DNA of 64,000 nt from the NCBI GenBank assembly GCA_965205975.1, contig OZ242195.1, positions 2,656,001-2,720,000 on the forward strand, in the 5' to 3' direction. Shown in pieces: positions 47,483 to 57,153 of the stretch. A program made the position numbers and the translations under genes. The stretch is from Candidatus Latescibacterota bacterium. GTDB taxonomy: Bacteria > Latescibacterota > UBA2968. The notes beneath the pieces were generated by a model. It saw only the letters and a program-made list of their open reading frames with translations. It was not told the origin of the DNA and did no database searches. The number at the start of each line of letters is the position of its first letter. The stretch's first letter is position 1.

Positions 47483-48727
47483 ATGAATAAACCCAACATC
47501 ATCATCGTACTGGCCGACGACATGGGCTATGGCGATTCCAGTGCGTACGGGGGCTGGATCGACACGCCCGCAATGGAACAAATGGCCCGCGAAGGGCTTA
47601 AATTCACCGACTTCCACGCCAGCGGTGCGGTTTGCAGCCCCACGCGCGCCGGACTCCTCACCGGACGCTATCAACAGCGCGCAGGCGTACCCAAAGTAAT
47701 CGGCGCCAATCCCAACAGCGCCGACCACTATGTGGGACTGTACCCCTCTGAAATCACCTTTCCCAAACTGCTCAAAAAAGCGGGCTACACCTCTGCCATC
47801 TTTGGCAAATGGCACCTCGGATACGACAAAAAATTCAATCCCCTGCACCACGACTTTGATCGCTTTCGCGGATATGTAAGCGGCAACATCGACTACATCT
47901 CGCACTACGACCGCATGGAAGTGTACGACTGGTGGGAGGGCCTCGAACACATCGAAGAAGAAGGCTATACCACACACCTCATCACCCAGCATTCCGTACA
48001 ATTCATCAAAGACCACAAAGACACGCCCTTTTGCCTCTACGTTGCACACGAAGCCGTACACACCCCATTGCAGGGACCTGACGACCCCGCCATTCGCGGT
48101 CCGGAAAAAGCCGACTTTCATCCCGACGACCCCCGAGAAACCTATTGCCAGATGATGAAAGCCATGGACGACAGCCTGGCCGAAATCATGGGCACAGTGC
48201 GGGAACTCGGCATTGAGGAAAACACCCTCGTCTTCTTTTTTTCCGACAACGGCGGCACCCGTCAAAATCCCGAATCCAATGCACCGTTGCGCGGGAACAA
48301 AGGCACAGTATGGGAAGGCGGCCACCGCGTCCCCGCCATTGCATGGTGGCCCGGAACAATAGCCCCCAACAGCGTCACCGACCAACTCGCCATCAGCATC
48401 GACCTCTTTCCCACCATGTGCGACCTCGCAGGGGCACCTGCACCCGACAATCACTTTGACGGCATCAGCCTCAAATCCTCCCTCCTCGGAGAAAATGAAC
48501 CCGGTGCCCGACAATTGTTCTGGAATGGCCTTGCCATGCGCGACGACAATTACAAACTCGTAATCGACAAAGGCACGCCACATCTATTCGACCTATCCCG
48601 TGACATATCGGAAAGCAATGACCTCGCATCGCAACAACCCGACCGCGTTCGGCAAATGTGCGATGCAATCGATGCCTGGAAACGCGACGTAGCCGACGGT
48701 GCAACACCGCAAAAAGATACGTCCTGA
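47483..48727 (+). CDS. Sulfatase (Cys-type arylsulfatase)
   Basis: PNIIIVLADDMGYGD, CSPTRAGLLTGR, GKWHLG, SDNGG. Confidence 0.95.
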   Translation: MNKPNIIIVLADDMGYGDSSAYGGWIDTPAMEQMAREGLKFTDFHASGAVCSPTRAGLLTGRYQQRAGVPKVIGANPNSADHYVGLYPSEITFPKLLKKAGYTSAIFGKWHLGYDKKFNPLHHDFDRFRGYVSGNIDYISHYDRMEVYDWWEGLEHIEEEGYTTHLITQHSVQFIKDHKDTPFCLYVAHEAVHTPLQGPDDPAIRGPEKADFHPDDPRETYCQMMKAMDDSLAEIMGTVRELGIEENTLVFFFSDNGGTRQNPESNAPLRGNKGTVWEGGHRVPAIAWWPGTIAPNSVTDQLAISIDLFPTMCDLAGAPAPDNHFDGISLKSSLLGENEPGARQLFWNGLAMRDDNYKLVIDKGTPHLFDLSRDISESNDLASQQPDRVRQMCDAIDAWKRDVADGATPQKDTS

Positions 48728-48739
48728 GAGAGGAAATAT

Positions 48740-50281
48740 ATGCTTGGACTACACCTGCTGGACTTTGCCACGCTCGCCATCTATTTAATCGGCATCATGA
48801 TTGCTGGCTTATGGGTCGCCCGCAAAATCAAAAATACGGGCGACTATTTTATGGGCGGGCGCAGCTTTGGCAAAGCATTTATGATCATGCACGCCTTTGG
48901 TACCGGCACCCACACCGATCAGGCAGTCACCGTAGCAGGCGCCTCCTACAAATTGGGCATGGCGGGAATCTGGTATCAATGGCTCTATCTATTTGCCACC
49001 CCCTTCTACTGGCTCATCGCGCCAATATGGCGAAGGCTGCGCTACCTCACCATAGCGGACTTCTTTGAAGACCGATTCAGCAACTCGCTCGGTTATTTCT
49101 ACGCCCTCTATGGCCTGCTCTACTTTGCCATACAAATAGGCATCATGCTCCTCGGTACCGGCAAAACAGCCAGTGCCATGACCGGCGGCGCGATTTCTCC
49201 TGAAATCGCCATCGGTGTGATGACCGTCCTCTTCCTCTCCTACGGCCTCTTAGGCGGCCTGCCCGCAGCCATCATCACCGACTTTATCCAGGGCATCTTC
49301 ATCATCGTCCTCTCGTTTCTCCTCGTCCCCTTTGTCATCGACGGCGTCGGCGGTTTCACCGGGCTTCACCAACAAGTACCCATTGAAAAGTTTAGCCTCG
49401 AAGCACCCGGTGATCCCCCGCCTGGATACGACCGCATCACGCCCTTCTTCATCGTCATGGTCGTCATCAACGCCCTCGTCGGCATCATTGCCCAACCCCA
49501 CCACATGGAAATTGGCGGTGCGGGCAAAACCGAACGCGAAGCCCGCGTGGGATTCACCTACGGCAACATGATCAAACGTCTCTGCACCGTAGCCTGGGCA
49601 TTTACCGGCGTAGCCTGCATTGCCCTTTATCCCAACATCGACGATCCCGAACACGCTTTTGGGCTCGCCTCGCGCGACCTCTTGCCCATCGGTCTCGTCG
49701 GCATCATGCTCGCCTCAATGATCGCCGCAGTCATGTCCACCTGCGATTCATTCATGGTCGATGGCGCTGCCCTCTTTGTCGAAAACTTTTACAAACCCCT
49801 CTTCAAACCCGAAGCCGACGACAAACACTACCTCACCACGGGCCGCATCGTCGCCCTCATACTGGTCATATTCGGTATTATCATCGCGCTCTACTTCACC
49901 TCTGTCGTCGCCATTATTCGCCTCTCCTGGTCGCTCGTGGCATTCTTTGGGATTGCCTTTTGGGGAGGAATTCTCTGGCGCAGATGCAATGCACCCGGCG
50001 CCTGGGCGGGCCTGATCGTCTCGGCATTATTATTCGCCATATCTGGCCAAACAATCATCAATTTGGAAAGTCTGGGCATCTACATTGGCGGCCTCGACTG
50101 GGAATTGCCCTATCGCTACGTACTCTACATCGCCGGTGGTTTTGCCGCACTCATCATCGTAAGCAAACTCACCAAACCGCAAGACAAAGAGCGACTCGAC
50201 CGCTTTTACACCTTGCTCCACACACCCGTTGGACAAGAGCACAAATTGCGCGAAGCCGGCATAAAAGTCGTTATGGAGTAA
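48740..50281 (+). CDS. Sodium:solute symporter (SSS) family transporter
   Basis: DYFMGGRSFG, many TM helices, A.MSTCD. Confidence 0.93.
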   Translation: MLGLHLLDFATLAIYLIGIMIAGLWVARKIKNTGDYFMGGRSFGKAFMIMHAFGTGTHTDQAVTVAGASYKLGMAGIWYQWLYLFATPFYWLIAPIWRRLRYLTIADFFEDRFSNSLGYFYALYGLLYFAIQIGIMLLGTGKTASAMTGGAISPEIAIGVMTVLFLSYGLLGGLPAAIITDFIQGIFIIVLSFLLVPFVIDGVGGFTGLHQQVPIEKFSLEAPGDPPPGYDRITPFFIVMVVINALVGIIAQPHHMEIGGAGKTEREARVGFTYGNMIKRLCTVAWAFTGVACIALYPNIDDPEHAFGLASRDLLPIGLVGIMLASMIAAVMSTCDSFMVDGAALFVENFYKPLFKPEADDKHYLTTGRIVALILVIFGIIIALYFTSVVAIIRLSWSLVAFFGIAFWGGILWRRCNAPGAWAGLIVSALLFAISGQTIINLESLGIYIGGLDWELPYRYVLYIAGGFAALIIVSKLTKPQDKERLDRFYTLLHTPVGQEHKLREAGIKVVME

Positions 50282-50290
50282 GGAGTCGCC

Positions 50291-51829
50291 ATGCGTCTCA
50301 GAACCATATTGCTTATCGCAGTACTCTACACGAGTTTGGGAGCTACAGACGACCCTGCACTGCATATAGAAATTGACCGCAGCGAAACGCAAACCCTCCC
50401 CAAAAGCCTCCATGGCTTCAACACGAACATGATGAGCGGTGACTACGGATATCTCGACTCCAGCTTCGTCGCGCTCACAAAAGCCCTGCAACCCCAAACA
50501 CTGCGTTTCCCCGGAGGCACAATCGGCAATTTTTACCACTGGAAAATAGCTGGATTCATCCAGAGCGAAATGAGTTCAACCGGAAGCGAGCAACTCAACA
50601 GACGAAACAGAGGCAATTTTGTCAGACTGAGAAAAAGGAGAAATGGGAGACTTGCATTTGACGACTTCATGCAGATGTGCAACGCACTAAAAATAACGCC
50701 CACCGTAGTCGTCAACCTGTGGACGGGGAGCCCAGAGGAAAGTGCCGAATGGGTCCAATACGCAAAAAACAAGGGATATGAGATCGCGTATTGGGAACTC
50801 GGCAATGAGCATTATCTGCCGTGGTACGCGGAAAAATACCCCTCTGCCGAAACCTATATCGCACAGGCCAAAAAACACGCACAGGCGATGAAAGCCGTTG
50901 ACCCAACCATAAAGGTCTCGGTCTGTGCAAGCCCGGTAGCCTTCCACAAAAACGGCTTTGAAAAAAACGTGGATCAACGCAAATGGGACAGTGCATTGGC
51001 GGCTGCGGATCAATTTTACGACGCCTATACCGTTCACGTCTATGCTTATCGAACCGCTCGAAAAAAAGAAATTGAGGAATATCGGGGCTATCTCTTTGGT
51101 TGGATCCACTGCGATATCGATGACGCCATGGACTACTATGAAAAATTATTCCCCAACTTGGAAATGTGGATAACAGAATGGAATATCGCCAACCCCGCAA
51201 ACCGGGTCGCCAATACACAATTGCACGCCATGTACACGGGCGACTTCTTCTTAAAAATGCTCACATACCCGCGCATCACCCATGCAAATTTTCACGTCAT
51301 TGCTGGCCCCGGCAAAGGATTCCCCGCATTCTCCCCAATCGCACCCCCATCGCCGAGAACCAATTGGAAATACGGGGGCGAACCAGAAGCGGACTTTGGA
51401 AATACAATTCGGCGCGCCACCTACTATCCCCTTCAGTTAATCGGAGAAGCATTCGCGCAATCGGACACAAAATACTCCCTCGCCATCCAAAATCCACCCA
51501 TCCTCAATGGACAACTCGAATACGAAGGAAAACAAATACCGGGTATCCAGGCACAGGCAGTCGGAAGCGCCGCGCACCTTTTTGTACTCATCAGCAACCG
51601 CACAGCAGACGACCTATCGCCGGACCTCACCATCGACGGCAACAAATATGAAGGCGCGCTCACATATCGCTACGTAGCCCATGAAAGACTCAACGCATCA
51701 AACGGCGGAAATGCGGAAATGGAAGGCGCGGGCAAAATAGAAGTCGCGATCCACGAATGGTCTGGCGCCTTAACTAATCTCTTGATTCCCAAAAATAGTT
51801 TTGGCATCTTAGAATTATCGCCCAACTAA
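50291..51829 (+). CDS. Secreted clan GH-A glycoside hydrolase (GH51/GH79-like)
   Basis: Signal peptide, LRFPGG, WELGNE (acid/base), WITEWN (nucleophile). Confidence 0.8.
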   Translation: MRLRTILLIAVLYTSLGATDDPALHIEIDRSETQTLPKSLHGFNTNMMSGDYGYLDSSFVALTKALQPQTLRFPGGTIGNFYHWKIAGFIQSEMSSTGSEQLNRRNRGNFVRLRKRRNGRLAFDDFMQMCNALKITPTVVVNLWTGSPEESAEWVQYAKNKGYEIAYWELGNEHYLPWYAEKYPSAETYIAQAKKHAQAMKAVDPTIKVSVCASPVAFHKNGFEKNVDQRKWDSALAAADQFYDAYTVHVYAYRTARKKEIEEYRGYLFGWIHCDIDDAMDYYEKLFPNLEMWITEWNIANPANRVANTQLHAMYTGDFFLKMLTYPRITHANFHVIAGPGKGFPAFSPIAPPSPRTNWKYGGEPEADFGNTIRRATYYPLQLIGEAFAQSDTKYSLAIQNPPILNGQLEYEGKQIPGIQAQAVGSAAHLFVLISNRTADDLSPDLTIDGNKYEGALTYRYVAHERLNASNGGNAEMEGAGKIEVAIHEWSGALTNLLIPKNSFGILELSPN

Positions 51830-51842
51830 TTAGGAGGCTATT

Positions 51843-51962
51843 ATGTTTGGCCTTGAAATTCGCAAACCATCCAAAGAAACAGTCATAGGCTTCATCGTCA
51901 CCTGGATCTGTGTGATCGGCATTATATTTCTCACACTGGCCCTCGTCCGCATCGGTGCGTAA
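51843..51962 (+). CDS. 39-aa single-TM membrane peptide (not in the ORF track)
   Basis: AGGAGG RBS; MFGLEIRKPSKETVIGFIVTWICVIGIIFLTLALVRIGA; fills the gap between two operon genes. Confidence 0.72.
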   Translation: MFGLEIRKPSKETVIGFIVTWICVIGIIFLTLALVRIGA

Positions 51963-51974
51963 AGGACTTATCCC

Positions 51975-52454
51975 ATGATCCGAAAATACCGCCCAGAAGA
52001 CCTCGAAGCCCTCAAAGCAATCACCGTTATCTGCTTTGATGGGGTATCGATTGACCAGAACATCGAAAAAAACTTCGGTCAATTTGCCGACACAGATTGG
52101 AAAGCACGCAAAGCCAAACACATAGACGCGGACGTCGCAGCCAATGCCGACGGCATCTTCGTTTGGGAAGACAACGGCAAAGTCGCGGCCTACATCACCA
52201 CGCGCATTGACCATGAAAGCAAAATAGGCGGCATACCCAACCTCGCCGTCTTGCCCGAATACCAGGGCAAAGGAATCGGCAAAGCATTGATGACAGCCGC
52301 CTTTGACTATTTTGAAGAACAGGGCATGGCCGTGGCAAAAATCGAAACCCTCGACCAGAATCCCGTTGGGCAGAACTTTTATCCGCGCTCGGGCTTTACC
52401 GCAGTCGCCCGACAAATCCACTACGCAATGCCCATGAAAGATCGGAAAGTGTAA
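51975..52454 (+). CDS. GNAT-family N-acetyltransferase
   Basis: LAVLPEYQGKGIGKALM, N......FY...GF. Confidence 0.92.
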   Translation: MIRKYRPEDLEALKAITVICFDGVSIDQNIEKNFGQFADTDWKARKAKHIDADVAANADGIFVWEDNGKVAAYITTRIDHESKIGGIPNLAVLPEYQGKGIGKALMTAAFDYFEEQGMAVAKIETLDQNPVGQNFYPRSGFTAVARQIHYAMPMKDRKV

Positions 52455-52516
52455 AAGCGTAAGACGTAAAACGTGAGACGTGAGAGGGGTAGGGCGGTCC
52501 TCTTACCTTTTACGTC

Positions 52517-53314
52517 TCACCTCTCACCCGCCTTTTGCCACACCGTTGGAAAGTGTTCCCCCCGCAAAATCTCGCCATCTTCCACGGTTACAAATTCCTT
52601 CATCACATGATCGCCACTCGCATCGTAATACGTATCCTGCGTCATATAGTGAATCGCAATCGCGCGTCGGGGTCGCTTGCTGCGATTGTCGTGCGAACCG
52701 TGCCAGGTCAGAGCGTGGTGATAATGCACCTCACCCTTTTTCACCGGCCGGCGCACCACCGATATGGACTGGCCTTCAAACTCCGACGGCATCGCGTCAA
52801 AATCCTTTACCTCCCGCACAAACGCAATCTGATTGCCCCACTTATGCGAACCGGGCACCATACTCATACACCCATTCTCCACATCCACATCGTCCAATGC
52901 CACCCACGCGCTCACCTCTGTCATCGGTCGAATAATCGGCCACAGCGGCGCGTCCTGATGCCATCCGGTCGTTCCCCCAATTTCAGCGGGCTTGTACTGA
53001 ATCTGATCGTGCCAGATACGCAACTCCGTCGCCCCGGTCAACTGCGCCATTTCCTCCACAATCTTCTCTGAATACATCAAATTCTTAAAAGGCTCGCTCG
53101 CTTCCCAAATATTCACAATCTGCCAGACCGGCGCCGAATCATTACCGCCCAAATTGCGCAACAAAACCGGCTGCGACACATCATCGCGATCTTTATTCTC
53201 AATCACCCGGTACAACTCCTCGCGCAACACCTCGACCTGCGCGTCGCCCAGCACCGGGCCCCCATTCAAAAACCCATTCGCGTGAAACTCCGCCACTTGC
53301 TCTTCTGTCAGCAT
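52517..53314 (-). CDS. Phytanoyl-CoA dioxygenase (PhyH) family
   Basis: WHQD, ALDD....NGCM..VPGSH, H.LTWHGS..N....RR. Confidence 0.92.
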   Translation of the reverse strand: MLTEEQVAEFHANGFLNGGPVLGDAQVEVLREELYRVIENKDRDDVSQPVLLRNLGGNDSAPVWQIVNIWEASEPFKNLMYSEKIVEEMAQLTGATELRIWHDQIQYKPAEIGGTTGWHQDAPLWPIIRPMTEVSAWVALDDVDVENGCMSMVPGSHKWGNQIAFVREVKDFDAMPSEFEGQSISVVRRPVKKGEVHYHHALTWHGSHDNRSKRPRRAIAIHYMTQDTYYDASGDHVMKEFVTVEDGEILRGEHFPTVWQKAGER

Positions 53315-53327
53315 GACTCATCTCCTG

Positions 53328-54560
53328 TCAAACCAAATTCCCCTCTGCCCGGCTATTCCTTCCCACAACAGTAATAGCCTTGTCCATCCCCACACACAAA
53401 TTACCGCTAATCATATTATAGTCACTCTCGCCACTCTCCTCAATACCCTTCAACTGCGTCGGCTTCTCCTGATCGTCTGCACACCGATTGCCCTGCATAA
53501 TCGAATGGGTCAAATCCTGCACACGGATACCGGGATATTTTCCCTTCTCCGCCCGAGAATTGCTCAGCAGCAAATTCCCCGTAATCACCTGCTCATCCCC
53601 TCTATTGGCATCTATCCCACACATCCCATTGTACGAACACACATTATTACTCACAATATTGTGGTGATCCCCCCCATTTGCCACACCGCCAATCCCGTGT
53701 TGCCCATTTTCGGAAAACACGCTATCGCTACACACCGAATGATGCACCCGCGCGCAAAAATAATACCCATCGCCCCCATTCCCCTTCCCGATATTGTGCG
53801 ACCACACACTGCGGGCCAACCCCGTTCCGGGATGAAATCCATGCCCGCGACAACCGTGAGCCTGGCAATGCGCCACCTGGGCATCGCAACCGCGCTGAAT
53901 CCCAAACCCATCGCTGGGCCATCCAAACACCGAACAATTCAGAACCCGCACGCGCTCACACCCCACAATATGCACCGCCGAATACGTAAAATCCCACCAA
54001 TCACCTTCGTAATCCTCAGGCCCCTTAATCGTCAAATCCCGTATCTCAACATCCGTCTCACCCTCTGACCATATACAGGGAAACAGATTCACCACCCGGG
54101 CATTGTCACGCGCCAACAACCGCCGATTAAACGGCACACTCATCCACACGCGATTGCCCACAACCCGCTCAACCTCCCCGTGCGTCCCCCACCACCCCCT
54201 GTGCTTATCGTCGCAAACCCCTATCCCCTCACCCACGCGAAAAGGCGGCTCGGTCTTACAGGTCAACACCCGACCACCCTTGCGAATATCCTTTGACAGA
54301 TACGCCACCTGCAAAGGCCGAATCCGCAACACCGTCGCTGGCCCATCGCCGACCAGACTCACCCGACTGGGTATGTACAGCGTCTTGCGCAAAAGATACG
54401 TACCCGCTGGAATACGCACCCTACCCCCGCTCTCTGGCAAAGATGCAACCGCATCCTCCAAGCCACATGTCATCGACTCCCGATCAAAAAAATCCCCTGC
54501 ATTCACCTCATCTCGCGGCGCATCGGGCAATGGAATCTCTCTCGCTGGCATAGCAGGCAT
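53328..54560 (-). CDS. Right-handed parallel beta-helix protein (pectate-lyase superfamily)
   Basis: GGRVRIPAGTY..L.GDG and repeated N/G/H-rich coils (NG.HGI, NN.CSYNG). Confidence 0.85.
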   Translation of the reverse strand: MPAMPAREIPLPDAPRDEVNAGDFFDRESMTCGLEDAVASLPESGGRVRIPAGTYLLRKTLYIPSRVSLVGDGPATVLRIRPLQVAYLSKDIRKGGRVLTCKTEPPFRVGEGIGVCDDKHRGWWGTHGEVERVVGNRVWMSVPFNRRLLARDNARVVNLFPCIWSEGETDVEIRDLTIKGPEDYEGDWWDFTYSAVHIVGCERVRVLNCSVFGWPSDGFGIQRGCDAQVAHCQAHGCRGHGFHPGTGLARSVWSHNIGKGNGGDGYYFCARVHHSVCSDSVFSENGQHGIGGVANGGDHHNIVSNNVCSYNGMCGIDANRGDEQVITGNLLLSNSRAEKGKYPGIRVQDLTHSIMQGNRCADDQEKPTQLKGIEESGESDYNMISGNLCVGMDKAITVVGRNSRAEGNLV

Positions 54561-54658
54561 AATATCCTCCTCCTGATTGTTTTAAGCACTCTCCAAAAAC
54601 ACCGTCGTATCCGCCTTTCATCTGTGTCTATCTGCGTTCATCTGCGGATGACATGTCT

Positions 54659-55378
54659 TTAAGCACTCTCCAAAAACACCGTCACCCCCATATCGGCGTA
54701 TTTCTCGCGCGTATCCGGCGTGCGGTTGCGATGACAGACCGCTACGCCAGTCCCTTCCAAAGACCTGCACAAATACGCGATCGTATCATCCACAGACTTC
54801 AACCAGTGTTGCGGATGTGCCTTAATGCTCATAGACAAATCCGTCGGACCCATCGACAGACAATCCACACCCGCCTTCGCGAGCAAATGCCCGCGCGTTG
54901 CGGCCTCTACCGACTCAATTTGCAACCACAAAACCCCAAAGCTATTCCACCAATCGGCGTACTCCTCCGGAGTTTTATCTTCCGCGCCTCGCCGATGTCC
55001 CCCGCCAAAACTGCGCCCACCAGCCGGCGGATAATAAAAATAGTGCAACGCATCATCAACCGTCTCTTCCAACTCAGTCTGCGGAATCTCGATCCCGCAT
55101 GGACCCAAATCGAGATAATTGCCAATCAAATAGGCATTGCGCGTGTGTTTGATCCGAAACTGCACGAACACATCGCGCTCGGCAGCCATATCGCAAAACG
55201 CAGCAATGCGCTCCTCGCTCAACGGCGTATGCTGGCTGTCAATAGACACGAAATCGTAATCATCTTTATCCATAATCTGATCGAATCGATCCGGCGGTGT
55301 ATTCGGTGCCATAGACACGCCAATAATGCGTTCACCATTGCGGTATTTCTGTTTCAGTCCAATTGCGTTTTCAAACAT
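54659..55378 (-). CDS. HpcH/HpaI aldolase family protein
   Basis: IDSQH, LDLG..GI..P, YYPP.GGRS.G, QIES, GVD....GP.DLS. Confidence 0.85.
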   Translation of the reverse strand: MFENAIGLKQKYRNGERIIGVSMAPNTPPDRFDQIMDKDDYDFVSIDSQHTPLSEERIAAFCDMAAERDVFVQFRIKHTRNAYLIGNYLDLGPCGIEIPQTELEETVDDALHYFYYPPAGGRSFGGGHRRGAEDKTPEEYADWWNSFGVLWLQIESVEAATRGHLLAKAGVDCLSMGPTDLSMSIKAHPQHWLKSVDDTIAYLCRSLEGTGVAVCHRNRTPDTREKYADMGVTVFLESA

Positions 55379-55380
55379 AA

Positions 55381-56625
55381 TTATCTCCTCTCCCATTCTC
55401 GAAGCTTATCTGCATTCTCGCGCACCTTGACAAATGCGCGCGACATATCCCGCATCCGCGTTTCAGAAGCCAGCAAAGCCCTCTGGCTTATCGACAGCCG
55501 CTCCTTGCAATACTGCTCGACCTTTGGCAGGTGCAACGAGCGATAATCCTGCGCCGCATCTGTCCACGCAAAAGGCGTGTAATCGCGGGCTTTCCAATCC
55601 TCTTGAAAAACCGGATGTTTGTACACCGGCGTCTCGTATCCCGTACTCACCGGCACCCCTTCAGCGCGTATCGCCCTGACAAATGCATCGCGAGAAACGC
55701 CATCAAACGCCTCGGATAAATACCGCGCACCATACACATGCCAGTTGACCCGGGTTGCATCTTCCAACCTGTGAATCGGCTCAATACCCTCAACCTCCGA
55801 CAACGTGCGCGTCAACATCGCCCCATTTTGTTCGCGGATCTCCGTATGCTCGGGAATGCGCTTCAACTGGCACAATAAAACCGCAGCGACAAATTCCGTC
55901 ATCCGGTGGTTCCCGCCCCATTGTCGGGATTCCTCCGTACGACCATACCGCGACCGCCCCACATTGACCGCACAGCCAATCGCATCGGCAGTTGCCTCGT
56001 CATTGGTCAGGGCAATGCCCCCATCTCCTCCCGTCATATTTTTGCTCTGCTGAAAAGAAAACCCCGAAGCCAGTCCCCAACTGCCCAGCCCACGATCTCT
56101 ATAAGTCGATCCCCACCCGTGCGCCGCATCTTCTAAAATCGCGAGATTGTGTCGCTCGGCAATATCCAGCAACCGCTGGAGATCACACGCCAACCCACCA
56201 AAATGCACCGGCATAATCCCCTTCGTGCGATCTGTAATAAGGCTCTCGACCTCCGCCACATCGAGATTATTGGTATCCGGATCTATATCGCAAAAAACAA
56301 CCGTAGCACCTGCTTTTAGAATCCCCGAACACGTACCGATAAATGTATAGGCACTCGTAATCACCTCATCGCCTACACCAATACCCGCCCCGCGACAAAT
56401 CATCTCCAGAGCCACCGTGCCGCCCGTACACGCGATCCCGTATTTCGCATCTTGAAATGCCGCAAATGTCTCTTCAAACTCCTGGCACTTCGAGGAATTG
56501 TACCACGCCCGACTCTCCAGCACTTCAACAAGCGCATCTCTTTCGGCCACATCGTACATCGGCCACAAAATATCATCCTTCTCTTTAACCTCACGCTCGC
56601 CACCCAGCAGTGCTAACTCTGCCAT
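55381..56625 (-). CDS. DegT/DnrJ/EryC1/StrS PLP aminotransferase
   Basis: GDEVI, PVHFGG, EDAAH, FSFQQSKN..GDGG, N.RMTE. Confidence 0.93.
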   Translation of the reverse strand: MAELALLGGEREVKEKDDILWPMYDVAERDALVEVLESRAWYNSSKCQEFEETFAAFQDAKYGIACTGGTVALEMICRGAGIGVGDEVITSAYTFIGTCSGILKAGATVVFCDIDPDTNNLDVAEVESLITDRTKGIMPVHFGGLACDLQRLLDIAERHNLAILEDAAHGWGSTYRDRGLGSWGLASGFSFQQSKNMTGGDGGIALTNDEATADAIGCAVNVGRSRYGRTEESRQWGGNHRMTEFVAAVLLCQLKRIPEHTEIREQNGAMLTRTLSEVEGIEPIHRLEDATRVNWHVYGARYLSEAFDGVSRDAFVRAIRAEGVPVSTGYETPVYKHPVFQEDWKARDYTPFAWTDAAQDYRSLHLPKVEQYCKERLSISQRALLASETRMRDMSRAFVKVRENADKLREWERR

Positions 56626-56639
56626 ATTTCCCTCCTTGA

Positions 56640-57128
56640 TCAATCCCGCTGCAAACATTCGACCAGCAGGTCCAATGCTTCGCGGGCAAACACCTCCATA
56701 TTTTCACCCCGGTTCTCGCTACCCGTTGCGATCGCAATCGCTTGCTCGGTATCTGGTCCCACAACGCCGATACACGTATGACCGGGCGGATCGCCATACC
56801 GATTTCCCGTCGGACCAGCCGCGCCCGTCTCGCCGATACCCCAGTCTGCCCCCAAACGTTCGCGCGCAGCGCGTGCCAGATGCAGTGCATGCGTTTTTGT
56901 CGCAGCCCTCGCCTCGCCCATTGCCGCATCGGAAACAGCCATCAATATCTGCTTTGAGTCACCCGTATAACACACCCCACCACCCCTGAAATAAGCCGAA
57001 GCCCCCGGCACAGCCAAAAGAGTTGCTGAAATGATTCCCCCAGCCGATGACTCCGCCACCGCCACAGTCTGCCCCTTTTCTTTTAACAACGCACCCACAT
57101 CTACGGCCATTGTCTTAAAATCCGCCAT
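56640..57128 (-). CDS. CinA C-terminal / PncC (NMN deamidase) family protein
   Basis: VAVAESSAGG.IS, PGASAYF.GG, ETGAAGPTG. Confidence 0.85.
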   Translation of the reverse strand: MADFKTMAVDVGALLKEKGQTVAVAESSAGGIISATLLAVPGASAYFRGGGVCYTGDSKQILMAVSDAAMGEARAATKTHALHLARAARERLGADWGIGETGAAGPTGNRYGDPPGHTCIGVVGPDTEQAIAIATGSENRGENMEVFAREALDLLVECLQRD

Positions 57129-57153
57129 ATTAAACCTCTGCATGTTTGGGTAA

